A stretch of DNA of 64,000 nt. Origin: Takakia lepidozioides. Lineage: Eukaryota; Plantae; Bryophyta. The DNA is taken from the NCBI GenBank assembly GCA_030704615.1, contig CM060733.1, forward strand, positions 24,118,001 through 24,182,000, in the 5' to 3' direction. Each line of letters starts with the position of its first letter. Position 1 is the first letter of the stretch. Positions 38,314 through 51,626 of this stretch are shown here, piece after piece. The translations under genes and the position numbers were made by a program. The notes beneath the pieces were generated by a model. It was not told where the DNA came from. It saw nothing but the letters and a program-made list of their open reading frames with translations, and ran no database searches.

Positions 38314-38715
38314 TTAGCGATCTTCCATTGCTGCCAGAGCTTCATTGATGCCTTCCAATGCATCCGCAGACAAGGTAAAGACTGCATCCTTGCCTTTGAC
38401 TCGATATGTCGATGGAGGCATAGCAAATTTGATAGCCCTCACCAAATGCGAATACAGAAATGCCAAAGGCTGGTCAGATAGGAACTTGTAAGCCTTATCT
38501 CTTCTTCCACACAACTGGTAATATCTCCCTGCAACCACATGCTCGCCAGGGTCCACCCCTTCTGAGTTTCCAGCTTCAGCATTGCAGGCAAAATTGTCCC
38601 CTGCATCCAAGCAGGAGGCCAAGTCCTCCCCATCTCCCCCAAACTCTTGTTCTTCATCCCCTTCTTCTTCAATCTGCCTCCGGACAACAGTTGTATTTGT
38701 AGGTTGCAGGGTTTG
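38314..38715 (-). mobile_element. 3' part of a Sola2-like transposase gene separated from its 5' part by the LTR insertion
   Basis: The ORF continues from the TSD (QTLQPTN...GDNFACNAE...VAGRYYQ...YSHLVRAIKF) and joins sequence at 51622 once the LTR element is removed. Confidence 0.65.
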
Positions 38716-39647
38716 TGTCGCGCGGCTTTTACTCACCCATCCCTTCGCTATCCGAGGCGGAAACTCCAAGATAGAAGAGTTGGAAATCTCTAAGTACTCA
38801 GCCCGCGCAGAACAATCAGTCATGACCTACAGCTAGTGTATCATGGGGGTGTTTCCTATTTGTTTCCCTTTTCGCATTCATCTTAGCTACCTTACCATTG
38901 ATAATTAAGTATCAGTTTGCTTCATCAATCTATCGGTTTCCTTCACTCATCCATTCAATCCACAGCTTCACTCAGATCTCTCTACACAGTGTGATTGTAT
39001 CGTATAAGTATCAGATTATGATTTATCAGGTATCAGGCCGAAGCCATTATGTCTCTAATCTGCTCTACAATATCACTACAGCTTTGCATATAACAAGCAT
39101 CTACTAATCCTCTTTCCTCCTTCACCGTGCTCTCCATCTTTTGCTTCCGATCTCCGCTCCGCCTGACTAAGAAGTCCTCCTCCGAATAATGATCATCATC
39201 TCCCCGTTTCTCCCTTTATCTTCCTCTCCGCGGTTCTAACCGTTTCCCTCGCTAACCGTCGTCTGTGAACTAACATGTTCCCTTCGCAGGTGTTGTTCCC
39301 CACAGTCGTTCCCTGTCCTACTCTTCGTTCCCTATGATGTGACAGCTGTGTCAAGCTGTGACTGGCTGTGTGAAACTGTGACGGCTGTGACTGTGTGTGT
39401 GTGCGGCTGTGCGACTGTGTTTGGCTGTGTCGACTGTGTGACGGGCTGTGCTGTGTGGGCTGTGACGACTGTGACGGGCTGTGTCTGTGGGCTGTGACGA
39501 CTGTGACGGGCTGTGTTGGCTGTGTAACCCCCCTCTACAGTGCGCTGCTGTCACCCCTAAGGCTCCTGTTGGTCTCAGTCTGTGCAAAAATTAAGGGTAC
39601 CCTACAGATCCCGTATAAGTGTCTAAGTCCCCTACAGTCCTCTAACA
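38716..39647 (-). repeat. 3' LTR (932 bp)
   Basis: Runs TGTCGCGCGG...CTCTAACA and is nearly identical to 50737-51621. The polypurine tract (plus-strand CCCCTCCCCCCC, ~39651-39662) abuts it. Confidence 0.95.
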
Positions 39648-42600
39648 TTACCCCTCCCCCCCAAAAAGCCGTGTCCACGGTTTACTGTTTCCGAGTAGCA
39701 AACCTTTGTGAGTGAGCACCTTGTTGACGTTGAGAGTTTCGTGGCGGACTGTGTGTACGAGCCCGAGGTCTGTCTCTGGTTGACGGAGATGGTTGATCAC
39801 TACCTGGATAAGTGAGGCCCTCTGGAGGCTGATATCGAGGTAACCTTTCCGGCATAGGAGACCCCCGTCGCTTCTTTTCTGCCATCTGAATTGCATAGTC
39901 TTCTCCCATGTCAAAAGAATTCTGTGAAGAAACAGTTGTATCAGAATCCTCATCCCTCTCAGGTGTTTTAATTTTCGAACCTTTTTTGGAATCATCTGGG
40001 GCATACAATGCTGTCCTACCATGTCTGGAAGTTTGCATTTTACAACTTGGTGTAACCGCTGAACAGCAAAATTGGTGTAGACACTGAGCTCCTTGTCTGT
40101 CCAGGTGAGTGGGGTACCAATTACTGGTGCAGCGTGCAAGTACTTCCATGCCACATGTCCCTTATAGAAAATGTCATCAAGTCCGAATTTCTGTGTTGAC
40201 AAATGGTTGCAGGCTGCTTGAAACCATGAACGAATTTGAGAATCCTTTTGCATCATAACTTTTGGGTCATATAGGTACATATGAGGTGGCACCGAAGGTA
40301 ATACCCAATGATCTCCACTGGAATAACTTTGAAAGCGTGTTTGCATCTTTTGTTGCTCAATGTGGTAACGTACCAGAAAACAAGCAGCGTAGTATAGCCC
40401 GCACCCCATGACAATACTTGCTATCTCCTTGGTCTTGGTATAAATGAGTCCATGTACAACCTGGAAAGCAACCAATTCCCTCAACATGGTACCTGCCTCG
40501 TGCCAGTATTGTGCAAAGTGATGATCTTCAATATGTCGATTGTTTGGAAGAACTTTAGTCCTAGTTGCCACTGGCAGCCAAATACGCATGATTTGGTAGT
40601 AATGTGCGAATGACTGCGGAGGACTAAATTCTTTCCAAGCCAAATCCAACATGATGGGAATTTGGTTGAAGGGCATAAGCATAGCCCTGCTGTACTCCCT
40701 TGCAGCTGGAGTTTTAGGTGGGTTAAAAGCGGCATTGCCCCATACCTCCGGCTGTGGTGGCTGTGGTGTGGTTGTAGTAACCACAGGTTCAGCTACTGGT
40801 ACACTGACCTGTTGTGGTGGTGGTGGTACTGGCTCCTGTATCATTGGCATCTCCTGCACCTCCTGTGAAGACTGAAAAGCCAAAGTTCTGGCTTGTAAAT
40901 AAGAAGCCATTAGCTGTTCCTGAGGGATATAGACTCTTTGGTCGATGTTTGAAGTGAGGTCTTCCACTTGAGTCTGGAGTCCGTCTACATCCTCTTGTAA
41001 CTCTGCTATCCTACTATAGACATTGTCTATAGTAGTTGTGGCAATGTTCTGCACCTGCAGCCTGAGCTCATTCATCTCGCTTTGGGGTGAGCTTCCGTGG
41101 GGCTTTGCCCTCTACTGGCCCTTGTGCTAACCAGACCTGCATAAGGCTGTTATCCACCAAGCTGCTTGTGGTTCCCCTGAGAGTTTGCTCCTCTCTTAGC
41201 TTGTACAATTCCAACTGCTGTTGTAAAGCCTCCATGCGCTTCGCCTGTGGCTCAACCAATTGCGCATAAGCAGCAAGTAGATTATTGGCTTCCTTCCAAG
41301 CCTTGTTACTGACCGCGATTTCATTTCTATTGGCCATGATGGTTTGTTGCAACTCCACGATGTGTTCTCTTGATCAGCTTCCATCTGCCTGTATTGCTTG
41401 AAAGTATCTTCATTGCGACAGATTGTATTCTTCATATCGACAATGAGCTTCATTTGCTCAACATTCTCTTCTTCTGCCTTCGTACATTTTTCCGCTTGAC
41501 TGTTTATTTCTTTTGTTGATTGGTCAAGCATAGTTGTAATGTAGCACATTGTATCGCCATCCTGTTATGCACTGTCTGCAACTCCGTATGTAGTGCATTC
41601 AGTTCTTGCAACTTGCTTTCATGCTGCACCTGCATTTGGTATAGCTGTTGCTTATGTGCTTCGTGCAACTGGTCTTGCGCGAGGCCTGCCTCAATCAATT
41701 GTTGCTTGGCCAATTGCAAAGCCATTTCTGTATTGGCCAAGTCCTGCTTCATCTTGAGAGTGACCTCTTCATCGACCTTGTTTGCACACTCAGTGGCAAG
41801 TCGAGCCTCAAACTCCTTCCTGAGTTCCTCTTTCAAGGCTGTCAATTGGGTAATTGGAACATGGGATTTGACATAAGTCCCCAACAAATTAAGTGTCCTG
41901 CCTATGGAACTCATCAGCATTGCCTGTTGAGGGTCATCATGGTGAGGTTGCTGCTGTTCCTCCTGATCTTCAACAGTATGATGTCTCACTAACCATTCAG
42001 GCCATTGTCCCACCGGATTTTCTTCCTGAACTACTTCATCTATCACCGGTGCTACAGTGTCATGACCTTCCGCCTGTGGTACCTCCGACACAGGTGTGTG
42101 TATTATATGCACCTCAGGATTTCCCTTGGGCAACTGTTGCACCTCTGGGATTTCTGTCTCCTTGACCAGACCAGAATATTCATAGAGAAGGTCCCCTTTC
42201 TCTATTTCTGCCACTATCTGTTCTGTAGTTGGAATATCTATCCCTTCACTTTCCAATCAATTATTTCGGGTTGAGCTGCATGGATAACTTGTGACCTTGT
42301 GACAAGTCGTTCAAGTGGCTGTGATGGTTGTGATGCAGAAGTAACTTCCTCCTCCCTCTCTGAAGGTCCTGCTTCCAGTAATAGCATTTCTTGTGCTGCT
42401 GTGCCCCTTCCTGGCCATGAGCTTGGGAAACATTATCATGCGGAATCCGTGAAGCCAGTGGATCCGCCACTACAGTCTTTCCCCTTCTCTGCCTCTTAGT
42501 CTCGGGTTGTGCTGCTAGTCCACCCTCACTGTGTGAAGAGCCTTGCTCTTCCATTGCAGTTGTTTCTGGCTCAAACACTCCCATTTCCTTCCTTTCTTGT

Positions 42601-43159
42601 GCATTAAGTATGCCAGAATAAGGATTATTTGAGCAATGATTGGGCCAGACACTATGATAGGACTTTGCGGTAGTACCTTGTAATCTTTTCATCTCCTCTA
42701 CCAGTGCGTTGTACATTATGTCCGCCCATTGTACCTCTTGTCCCTTCAGCCTTTGAGTATTTCCTCTGTGAAGGATCTGCTCAAATATTGTTGGTTCTGT
42801 TTCAGGGCAATCAGAACGTTCAATACCTGGCCTATCTCTTTTAACCCTGGGTACACAGCTTTGGTACAAGCATAACCCTGAGTTTTAAAGAAACTCCCTT
42901 CTTGGAATAAGTCCCCTATTTGCAGTCTTGCCCTGTGTTCCTCCACATGCACCTGACCTGCTGGCAATCGAAACAATTGCTGGAGGTATAGGGGAGTAAT
43001 CATTAATTCAACTCCCTTCACCGTTGTTGTTCCTGTCCTTGGCTCAAAGTTCTGCAAAAATTGTAACATGTACTGTCTATGGTGTAGTGTCCAATCTAGG
43101 CTTTGCAATCCTTCCAATCTCAGCTCCTCCAGTATCTTTATCGCCTGTGGGGTAGCCAT
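39648..43159 (-). CDS. Extra 3' ORF of the LTR element (frameshift-broken, >1000 aa): Athila-ORF/plant-transposon-protein-like N-terminus plus long coiled coil
   Basis: Consecutive same-strand ORFs 43159-42746, 42869-42261, 42256-41504, 41549-41068 and 41075-39648. N-terminal QFLQNF..TVKGVELMITP..LQQLFRLP is followed by Q/E/L-rich heptads. Confidence 0.6.
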
Positions 43160-43889
43160 CGTTGTTTCTGCAGAATTGTGGTGCTCTTCACCCTGATTTC
43201 CTCCATTCCTCTCACTCTCTTCATTTTAGACTCACAGAACTGCTTTGGCTGTAACAACTGCAGGAATGCCTGTAGTGCACAAAGCATAAACGTATGGTTG
43301 CCGCAGAAAGCTATGGGTAATTTCTTGTAAGCCTGCGGGGCTTGCAAGCATTGCTCAAGAGAAAAGCTCTGCTCTGTCCTTTCGTGTCTATGCCACTGCG
43401 TAAGTAATATTGCGAGCGTATAGTCTGTTAGTTCCTCCATAGTTTCCAAGTTATAGCATTTATGGCCTGTCCTGTCGAGACGCCCGTTACTCAGAACGAC
43501 GCCGCCTCTTGCGCTCAATTTCCCTCCATTTTCTTGATCCTTTCTCTGGTTTTCTATTGGCTGTATCCGCTGTGACTGGATTTTAATTTTATCTTCTTTA
43601 GTGGACTTTCCCTGTTGGATAGTCCACTAGGATCACACATGTGACAAATTCGGCTTTTCTGTACTTGCCGTTCGTTCCGTTTCCCTTTTTCCGTACTCAT
43701 TAATGGGCCCGCCTTTCATCCCTTTTGACGGCCGTTCTTGTCCTCTTTCTTTTTGACACCTGTCCTTGCACTTCATTCTCTGCTGTGTGTCGCGCCCTGA
43801 CCTCCACGTGTCTATTTTTAAAGTAATTTCCGTTTCTTCTTCCTCAGCATTTTTTCCTGAAGTTATTATGTGTCCACTTGTCACTGATT

Positions 43890-46800
43890 CTATGGATCGT
43901 GTAACTTTAGTAGGCTGTGTTGAGCTGTGACAGGCTGTGTCAACTGTGATTGCGGCACTGTGGTACTGTGATAGGCTGTGACACGCTGCGGTATTGTGAT
44001 AGGCTGTGTATGGGCTGTGATAGGCTGTGTCACGCCACCCTGGTCATATGGGGCCTGTGTTCCATACTCCGTTCGTAACACTGGTGCAGCCCGTGACTGC
44101 TCTTGCGGTTCAACATGCAAATCATGCTGCAGGGGTTTGTCATGGATACCACTGTACCCCTTCAACTTATTTGCATTGACTCTTCCCATTTCTTTGTTAA
44201 TGGTTTGTAACATGGCGGTGTTGTTATCATACATCTTTTGTATGACATAAGGTCCTTTCCATGGTGATTTAAGCTTAGAAGCTTGAATCTTTCCTTTCTT
44301 CTGCAACCATAGAACCAAATCCCCCGTCTTAAAAGTCTTTAACTTGCCTTCATCAAACTGTTCCTTTCGCTTCATCTCTGAATTCTGGTCATATTATCAG
44401 CTGCATCAGCACGTACTTCTTCCACATGGTATAATTCATGTTTCCTGACCTTGATGGAGTCTTGCAATTCCATTTTTTCCCCCACTCCGTTCTCATGGTA
44501 GGTAACAGGAATTCCACTGGAAGTAAGGCTTCCATACCATAAACTAATTGGAATGGTGTATACTTAGTGGTGACTTTATATGAAGTCCTGTATGACCAAA
44601 GCTGTCAGCAGCTTTGTATCCCAATCCGTTCTGTTTGCATTGACTATCTTAGCCAAGATAGTACATAGTATTTTGTTGGTAGCCTCTGCCTGCCCATTAC
44701 CCTGTGGGTAATATGTTGTACTCTTTCTATGCACAATCATAAACTCTTTAGTCAACAACTCAATGGTCTCATTCATGAAGTGACTTCCTTGATCACTGAT
44801 AAATTCTAAGGGACAGCCAAATCGTGTAAGTATGTTCTCGTACAGGAACCTTGCTGTGGACTTGGCTGTGTTGTCCCTCAAAGCTTTAGCTTCCACCCAC
44901 TTTGTAGTATAATCAGTGGCTGTAATTATGTACCTGTTTCGTGTATTCTTGGATGGTGGATTAATTGGTCCAACAAAGTCTAGTCCCCATTTCTGAAATG
45001 GTTCCGTAGGCATTGTAGGATGCAAGGCCATCCTTCCAGATCTCTGCAAAGGTCCTAGCCTCTGACATTCATCACACTTCTGACAATACTCGTGTACATC
45101 TTTGAACAAAGTAGGCCACCAGTATCCTGCGAGTAGTATCTTTCTACTGGTAGTCTCTTCTCCAAAATGACCTCCAGCCACTCCTTTAACTTCCTCCAAA
45201 CTTTATTTACTTCATGGTGGTACAAGCATCGTTTTAGTACTCCATCAGGTCCTAACTTATACATTCTGCTTCCTACCATAGTATAAGGTAAAGCTTTGAT
45301 AGCGATTCTCTTCCTCTGCTCCTTACCATAACTAGGTGGGCACTGACCATGAGCAAGGTAGTATCTGATTGGCCACTGCCAATCTAACCATTCATCTGCA
45401 CTTCCTTGCACCTCCATTACAAAAACTCGCATCAGGTAACTGATCGTCCACTCCTGTGGCGGCCTCTCCTGTTGTTAGTCGTGACAAATGATCTGCCACA
45501 AGATGCAAACGGCCAGGCTTGTAAATAACCTCGAACTCAAACTCATGCAAGATTATTAACCACCTCGCTATCCTTCCACTTATCAAAGGTTTGTTCACCA
45601 GATATATCAGAGCCTGGTGATCCACATAAAACATAAACTTTCTTCCCAATAGGTAATGCCTGAATTTCTTGACTGCATAATCATTGCCAATGCTTCTCTT
45701 TCCGTTGTTATAGTTCCTCTCAGCACTGTTCATCAACCGGCTAGCATAGTACACAGGTGAATCTATATTCCCTGTAACATTCTGGGCTAACACCGCTCCC
45801 AACGCTTCTCCTGATGCATCGCAGTGAACATGAAATACTACATGCCAGTGAGGGTTAATCAGCACAGGTGTAGTTGTTACTGACAGTGTAAGTTCCTCAA
45901 ACGCCTGTTGACATTCAGCTGTCCAGGCAAACACTGCATCTTTCTTCAGAAGCTTGCTCAATGGTGCTGCTATTTGTGCATACCTTTTGACAAATCTTCT
46001 GTAATAACTGGTTTGCCCAAGGAATCTCCTTAAACTCTTAACATTCACTGGTGGTGGAGAGGCTTTAATGGACTCTGTCTTCCTGGGATCCACAAGGAGT
46101 CCCTTCTTACACACAATGTGTCCCAGAAGCACCCCTGAGTTCACACAGAAAGTACACTTCTCTGGATTCAGGCCCAGACCTCTCATCCTGCATCTGGCCA
46201 AACATAACTCCAATTTATGCAAGTGCTCACTCTTAGAGCTGTACACACTGAAATCATCCAAGAATACCTGCATGAAATCATCCAGATACTCATGAAAAGA
46301 TTCACTTATCACTCTCTGAAAGGTCGCTGGTGCATTACAAAAGTCCAAAGGGCATGACTTTGTATGCATAAGCCCCCCAGTCTGTGATGAAAGCTGTTTT
46401 CCCTTGGTCTTCTTCTGCCACTTGCACTTGATTATAACCACTGAAGCCATCCATGAATGAGTACATCTCATGGCCTGCCACAGTGTCTAATACTGCTTCT
46501 GTGAATGGCAAAGGGAAAGGATCTTTCTTCGTACAAGCATTCAGCTTCTTATAGTTCACACATACTCTTAGTTTGCCATTCTTCTTGGGAACTATAACAA
46601 TGGGTGACAACCAAGTTGTATACTCTATTGGGTATATAAACTTAGCCTCAGCCAACTTCTTTATCTCTTCTCCAACCTTCTGTGCGTAGTTGGGATTCAT
46701 TCTATACCTCGCCTGCTTGATTGGTACTGACCCTGGTTCCAGTTCAATCTTATGCTGACAGACTTCAGGTGGTATCCCTTTTAGATCCTCATAGCTCCAA

Positions 46801-47645
46801 GCAAATACATCTCTGTATTTGATGAACAAGCTTTTAGCTTCTTCGAAGAATCCGGCTCCAAATCAGCTCCTACTTTCACCATCCTCGGTTCCTCCTGAGT
46901 TCCCACATTTACTTCTCTCACCTGCTCATCAGCTGTGATTGTCCAACCAGTCACCACTTCATCCTGTAAGCTCACAGTGGCTGGTTCTTCTAGGATTTCT
47001 ATTTCTCCTTCTCTTCTTCATAGAAATGTGATGGGTAAATGCTGGTTTCCTCTTCAGTTGGTGTTGCTGTCACTACACCACAGCAGATACCTCTCAAACA
47101 ACTTAGGCTTTCCAGCCGCATCTCTGCAACCTGCTCCCACTCTGGGTGTGCAGCAAATAGGGTAGCTTCCTGCTCCTCATCCAGTCCTCCTCTCCAGTCA
47201 TACTCTCTGACTCCTCGAGGTCTTCTTGTAGCAGGTAATCTACTAGATTTCTTTGTGGTAATTTGTATCTCGTGTATCCCATTATGCACGGTTAGTAACT
47301 GAGAATTCCAGTCATGGAATACCCTGGCCTGTTTCAGCCACGGACGTCCCAATAATAAGGAGTAAGCCTCCATGACTTCATCCATTTTTAATACAGTTAC
47401 TGTGATCATAAAGATCATTTTCTGTATCTGTATCTTAACTCCTCTTATTAATCCCAATGGCTGTACACTTCTTTGATCTGCCATTGTACTGTAAATGGGG
47501 CTGGTTTCATGTTACTTAGACCAAGCTTCTTCCTTAATTGGTCTGTCATGATATTTACTCCAGAACCACCATCTATCAGTACATCAGTTAGTTCTGTGCT
47601 TCCAATTCTCAATTGGATTACTGGCATAGAATCATCAAAGTCCAT
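43890..47645 (-). CDS. Gypsy pol (protease, RT, RNase H, integrase, GPY/F), with several frameshifts
   Basis: Motifs VLIDGGSGVN, KNGKLRVCVNY, DGFSGYNQ, VFLDDF, VHCDAS, YVDHQAL, GHFG..CDEC, WGLDFVGP, SDQGSHF, YYPQGNGQAE and WKGPY. Confidence 0.95.
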
Positions 47646-50130
47646 GACTGGTTTCTCGCCCTTCCGGCTTCACATTATAACTGGTCACCTTGCTGTTCAG
47701 GTCTGTGTTTCCTGTCTCTTGGGCAATTCGATTGATTGCTTGATACAGCCTGTGCCTACAATAAGGTGCCACAGCTAATAGCTGTCCAATGGTAATTTCT
47801 GCTTTGGTCTGACATATTACTTCAGCCAAAGTCTCTTCATTACTTTGCATGTCTGCATCTTCTTTTTTCCTTTCTTCCTCACTCCCTTCTTTTTCTCCAT
47901 CCGAATCAGAGGAATCTGCCACAGGAATATCAGTACTCTTTTGCATTTCCCTTATAGTATCTGCCACTTCCTTGTGCAGTTCCTTCTCATCTTTCCAAGT
48001 CTCTTCATCTTCAGGCATATCATTGCCACTTGGTCTCATCTTCTTCCTCTTCTACTGGAGGTATTAGTTTGGCTTTACTTCTTGTTACTATCATTGTACT
48101 TACTTCTGGTACAACACATGGCCTAACCATGTGAGCTGCCACCTGGGCCCTCATTCACAGGAGCTCTCATCTCATTCTGGTGTCTTATCCAGAATGAACA
48201 GGCTGCCTTGCGATGTCCTGGCTGATTACAATAGTAACATAGCTCTTCACCATTGGGTCCTCGCCCTTGGTCTGTTCTTGGATTATTTCTATAATCCTGA
48301 TTCCCGGGCTGGTAATTCCCCCTTGGATTACCCTGATAGTTGCCTCTGGAATTTCCTTTGGTAATTCCCTCTTGAATTACCTCTCCCTTCCATGCCATTG
48401 TTATAACCACCAGACCTACCATAGTGGTCCTGATCATTGTTTCTTCTTGGCTGGGGCTGCACCTGATGCACCCTTACTTGCCTAGGTTCTCTTGCAGCTG
48501 TCCTTCTGTTGTAGTAACAATTCTCAGTAGAATGGTTATCCATTTTACAGATAGTACAGTGTTTCTCCTTCATGTGGCATTCTGTGTGGTATGGCCTTCA
48601 TTCTGGCTTTGCACACCATACACCCTTCCTCCAATGTTTGCAGCCTCTGTGGCATACTTCTTCAAGATTTCTTCCAATTTTTTTTCATAGTTATCCCTCT
48701 TCAACTTCTCCTTTCTCTTACTCTTTCTTTTTAGTTCTTGCTCTTCTTCTTCATCTGACTCATCCTCAGAGTCCTCATCTTCTTTTTTCTCTCTCTGAGC
48801 ATTCCCAATTGCTCAATTCTGTTCGCAGTTTCAAATGCCTCCTCCACTGTATTATGGGGTAACATATCCACTTTCTTTTGCAACTCTGGTCTTAGTCCAC
48901 TCACAAACCAAGTCTTCTGTAAACCGGTGCTGGTACTGCAGCCAGCTTTTCATCATCAATTCCATCTTCTCCATATACTCTTCAACAGTTTCATGCTCTT
49001 CTGCTTCAGCTTCAGCTGTTGTAACTTCCATACTTCATCCTCAGTTTTACTTGTCCTGAACCTATTTCGAAATGCGTATTCAAGCCATTCCAGGTTAGGA
49101 AATGATTATCAGGGAATCTTGCATACCATTCACTTGCTTTCTTGATAAGTGAACAAGGAAACAGTCTCATCTTGGCATCATCGCCATTCTCATTGTTCAC
49201 TATACACATGTGCTCAAATTGGCTAATGTGTACATCGGGATCCCCTTTTCCTGAATATATTGGAAAGGGTGGTTTTGCCCGTGTTGGTTGTAACGCCATC
49301 TGTGGCCCTACCTTCTGCCCACTGACAGGTGCTGGCACCCTTGCTGGTGCTGGTCCTTCTGGACCTGTTGTTTTTGTGGTGGATCTTCCACCAAGTGGTG
49401 GCCCTTGAGCACTCCTTGCTTCTGGCCCCACGATATTCACAGTATTCCCAGCTTCAGTTGCACTACTTCCCACACTCCCTGTCCCCCCAGAGCCAGATCC
49501 AGGCAGCCCGCCTGATCCCCCTGAGCCGACACCTTCGTTGGCCTGTGATCCAAGTGCTCCACTTGATCCAGGTCCAACGGGTTGGGATGTCCTGGTTGTA
49601 GTCTCAACCTCAGCTGTTGGGTCTACTTCTTCATATTCTTCCTCTTCTAATTTCTTCTCTCTGTTTTCATCCTCCAAGTTCTGCCCTTGGGTTTCTTCTT
49701 CACTCATGTAACTCAACTGTAATGGTGTTGGAGAGTCTGAACTCTCCGTTGGCTCTGCCACATCCTCTTCTCCTTCTTCATCTTCTGCTTCAGAAACTGG
49801 AGTTCCTGCTTTTGGTGTTCCATGCCAACTCTTATCAAAGATTTCTGTCAAGTCTTTTATCCAAGGATGTACCTCAGATCTTTCACCTCGTGATTGATCT
49901 TCTTCCTGTACCAATTCCCTTAATCTTTCTTGCAAAGAAACAGAAGGAGTGGCATCCAACTCTAGTTCTTCCGGTATAGGTGATGCACTCTTTGATCTTG
50001 ATGGTGTGAGAGGTCCAGATGATTCCCCTATGTCTATTCCTCTCTCCCAAAGATATGGATAATTAGCTTTCAGATAGCTTTCTCTTTTTGCTGAATATCT
50101 CTGTCGTCTAGCTTCTCTTTCATCACTCAT
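47635..50130 (-). CDS. Gypsy gag (frameshifted) with two zinc knuckles
   Basis: Motifs YSGKGDPDVHI..FPCSL..ASEWY, CTICKMDNHSTENC and CYYCNQPGHRKAAC. Confidence 0.85.
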
Positions 50131-50716
50131 GTCCCATGTCTTTCATTTCTTTTAATGGGCAATAACCAAAACTCTCTTCTGTAATATCTCTCGTATATGC
50201 CTGGGTTTTCTTCAAGCTTCAATGCACCCTTGGCTATACTTGAAGTCTCCGTTACCATATAACCATATGGCAAACAAGTCTGAAAAGCTGTTCTTGGTGT
50301 GAGTTTGATCCACAAAATATCCTTTGGAATCCAATTCTTTACCAGTACAAGCTCTTCATGCATATGAGTATAAACATTCACCTTTCTTTCTTCCCAGCCT
50401 TCAAACTCTACTCGTTTAATGGATAGCAATGCTATCACATAAACCAATGTTGGTAACCAACGTGCTCTTCCTCTACAGGCTCCTGATAAATCTTTATCAC
50501 TCTTTCTCCAGACCCCATTCTGGATCAGCATCATGCACTCGTTTAAGAATATTTTCTTTACAACCGTCTGGCAATTCCAAGAACCTTTGAAAGAATTGTT
50601 TGGACAATCTTTCTTCCTTCGTTCCACAGGGAATTTGATTCACTTCAAATTCTTTAATGGTCCAACCACCATGATCCCACCAGATGCCTGTCACATCTGG
50701 TTGTTCATGTCCCAGG

Positions 50717-50734
50717 TCCCCAGTATGGTCGCCA
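50717..50734 (-). promoter_or_regulatory. Primer-binding site, tRNA-Arg-type
   Basis: Minus-strand TGGCGACCATACTGGGGA lies 2 nt inside the 5' LTR boundary. TGGCGAC is complementary to the ...GTCGCCA 3' ends of plant tRNA-Arg. Confidence 0.8.
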
Positions 50735-50736
50735 AA

Positions 50737-51621
50737 TGTCGCGCGGCTTTTACTCACCCATCCCTTCGCTATCCGAGGCGGAAACTCCAAGATAGAAGAG
50801 TTGGAAATCTCTAAGTACTCAGCCCGCGCAGAACAATCAGTCATGACCTACAGCTAGTGTATCATGGGGGTGTTTCCTATTTGTTTCCCTTTCGCATTCA
50901 TCTTAGCTACCTTACCATTGATAATTAAGTATCAGTTTGCTTCATCAATCTATCGGTTTCCTTCACTCATCCATTCAATCCACAGCTTCACTCAGATCTC
51001 TCTACACAGTGTGATTGTATCGTAAGTATCAGATTATGATTTATCAGGTATCAGGCCGAAGCCATTATGTCTCTAATCTGCTCTACAATATCACTACAGC
51101 TTTGCATATAACAAGCATCTACTAATCCTCTTTCCTCCTTCACGTGCTCTCCATCTTTGCTCCGATCTCCGCTCCCGCCTGACTAAGAAGTCCTCCTCCG
51201 AATAATGATCCTCATTCCCCGTTTCTCCTTTATCTTCCTATCCGCGGTTCTAACCGTTTCCCTCACTAACCGTCGTCTGTGAACTAACATGTTCCCTTCG
51301 CAGGTGTTGTTCCCCACAGTCGTTCCCTGTCCTACTCTTCGTTCCCTATGATGTGACGCTGTGTCAAGCTCTGGTGTGCTGTGACGGGCTGTGACTGGCT
51401 GTGTGTGTGACTGGCTGTGTGTGGGCTGTGTCGGGCTGTGTGTGACGCTGTGTTGGCTGTGTGGGCTGTGACGACTGTGACGGGCTGTGTTGGCTGTGTA
51501 ACCCCCCTCTACAGTGCGCTGCTGTCACCCCTAAGGCTCCTGTTGGTCTCAGTCTGTGCAAAAATTAAGGGTACCCTACAGATCCCGTATAAGTGTCTAA
51601 GTCCCCTACAGTCCTCTAACA
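50737..51621 (-). repeat. 5' LTR (885 bp)
   Basis: Matches 38716-39647. The length difference is mainly in the internal CTGTG(A) repeat tract. Confidence 0.95.
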
Positions 51622-51626
51622 GTTTG

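Larger units (their letters stand above)
38716..51621 (-). mobile_element. Full-length Ty3/gypsy LTR retrotransposon (non-chromovirus, Athila/Tat-like), 12,906 bp
   Basis: TG..CA LTRs at 38716-39647 and 50737-51621, with 5-bp TSD GTTTG at 38711-38715 and 51622-51626. PBS and PPT are present, and the domain order is gag-PR-RT-RH-INT. Confidence 0.97.

Noticed and set aside
38716-38823. MTDCSARAE... as the N-terminus of ORFs 38314-38823 and 50497-50844
   Set aside because: This is LTR sequence read through into flanking DNA in both copies.
43890-50130. Programmed frameshifting in gag-pol
   Set aside because: The breaks are numerous, fall inside conserved domains and are often at short homopolymers. 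They are more likely long-read consensus errors or decay.
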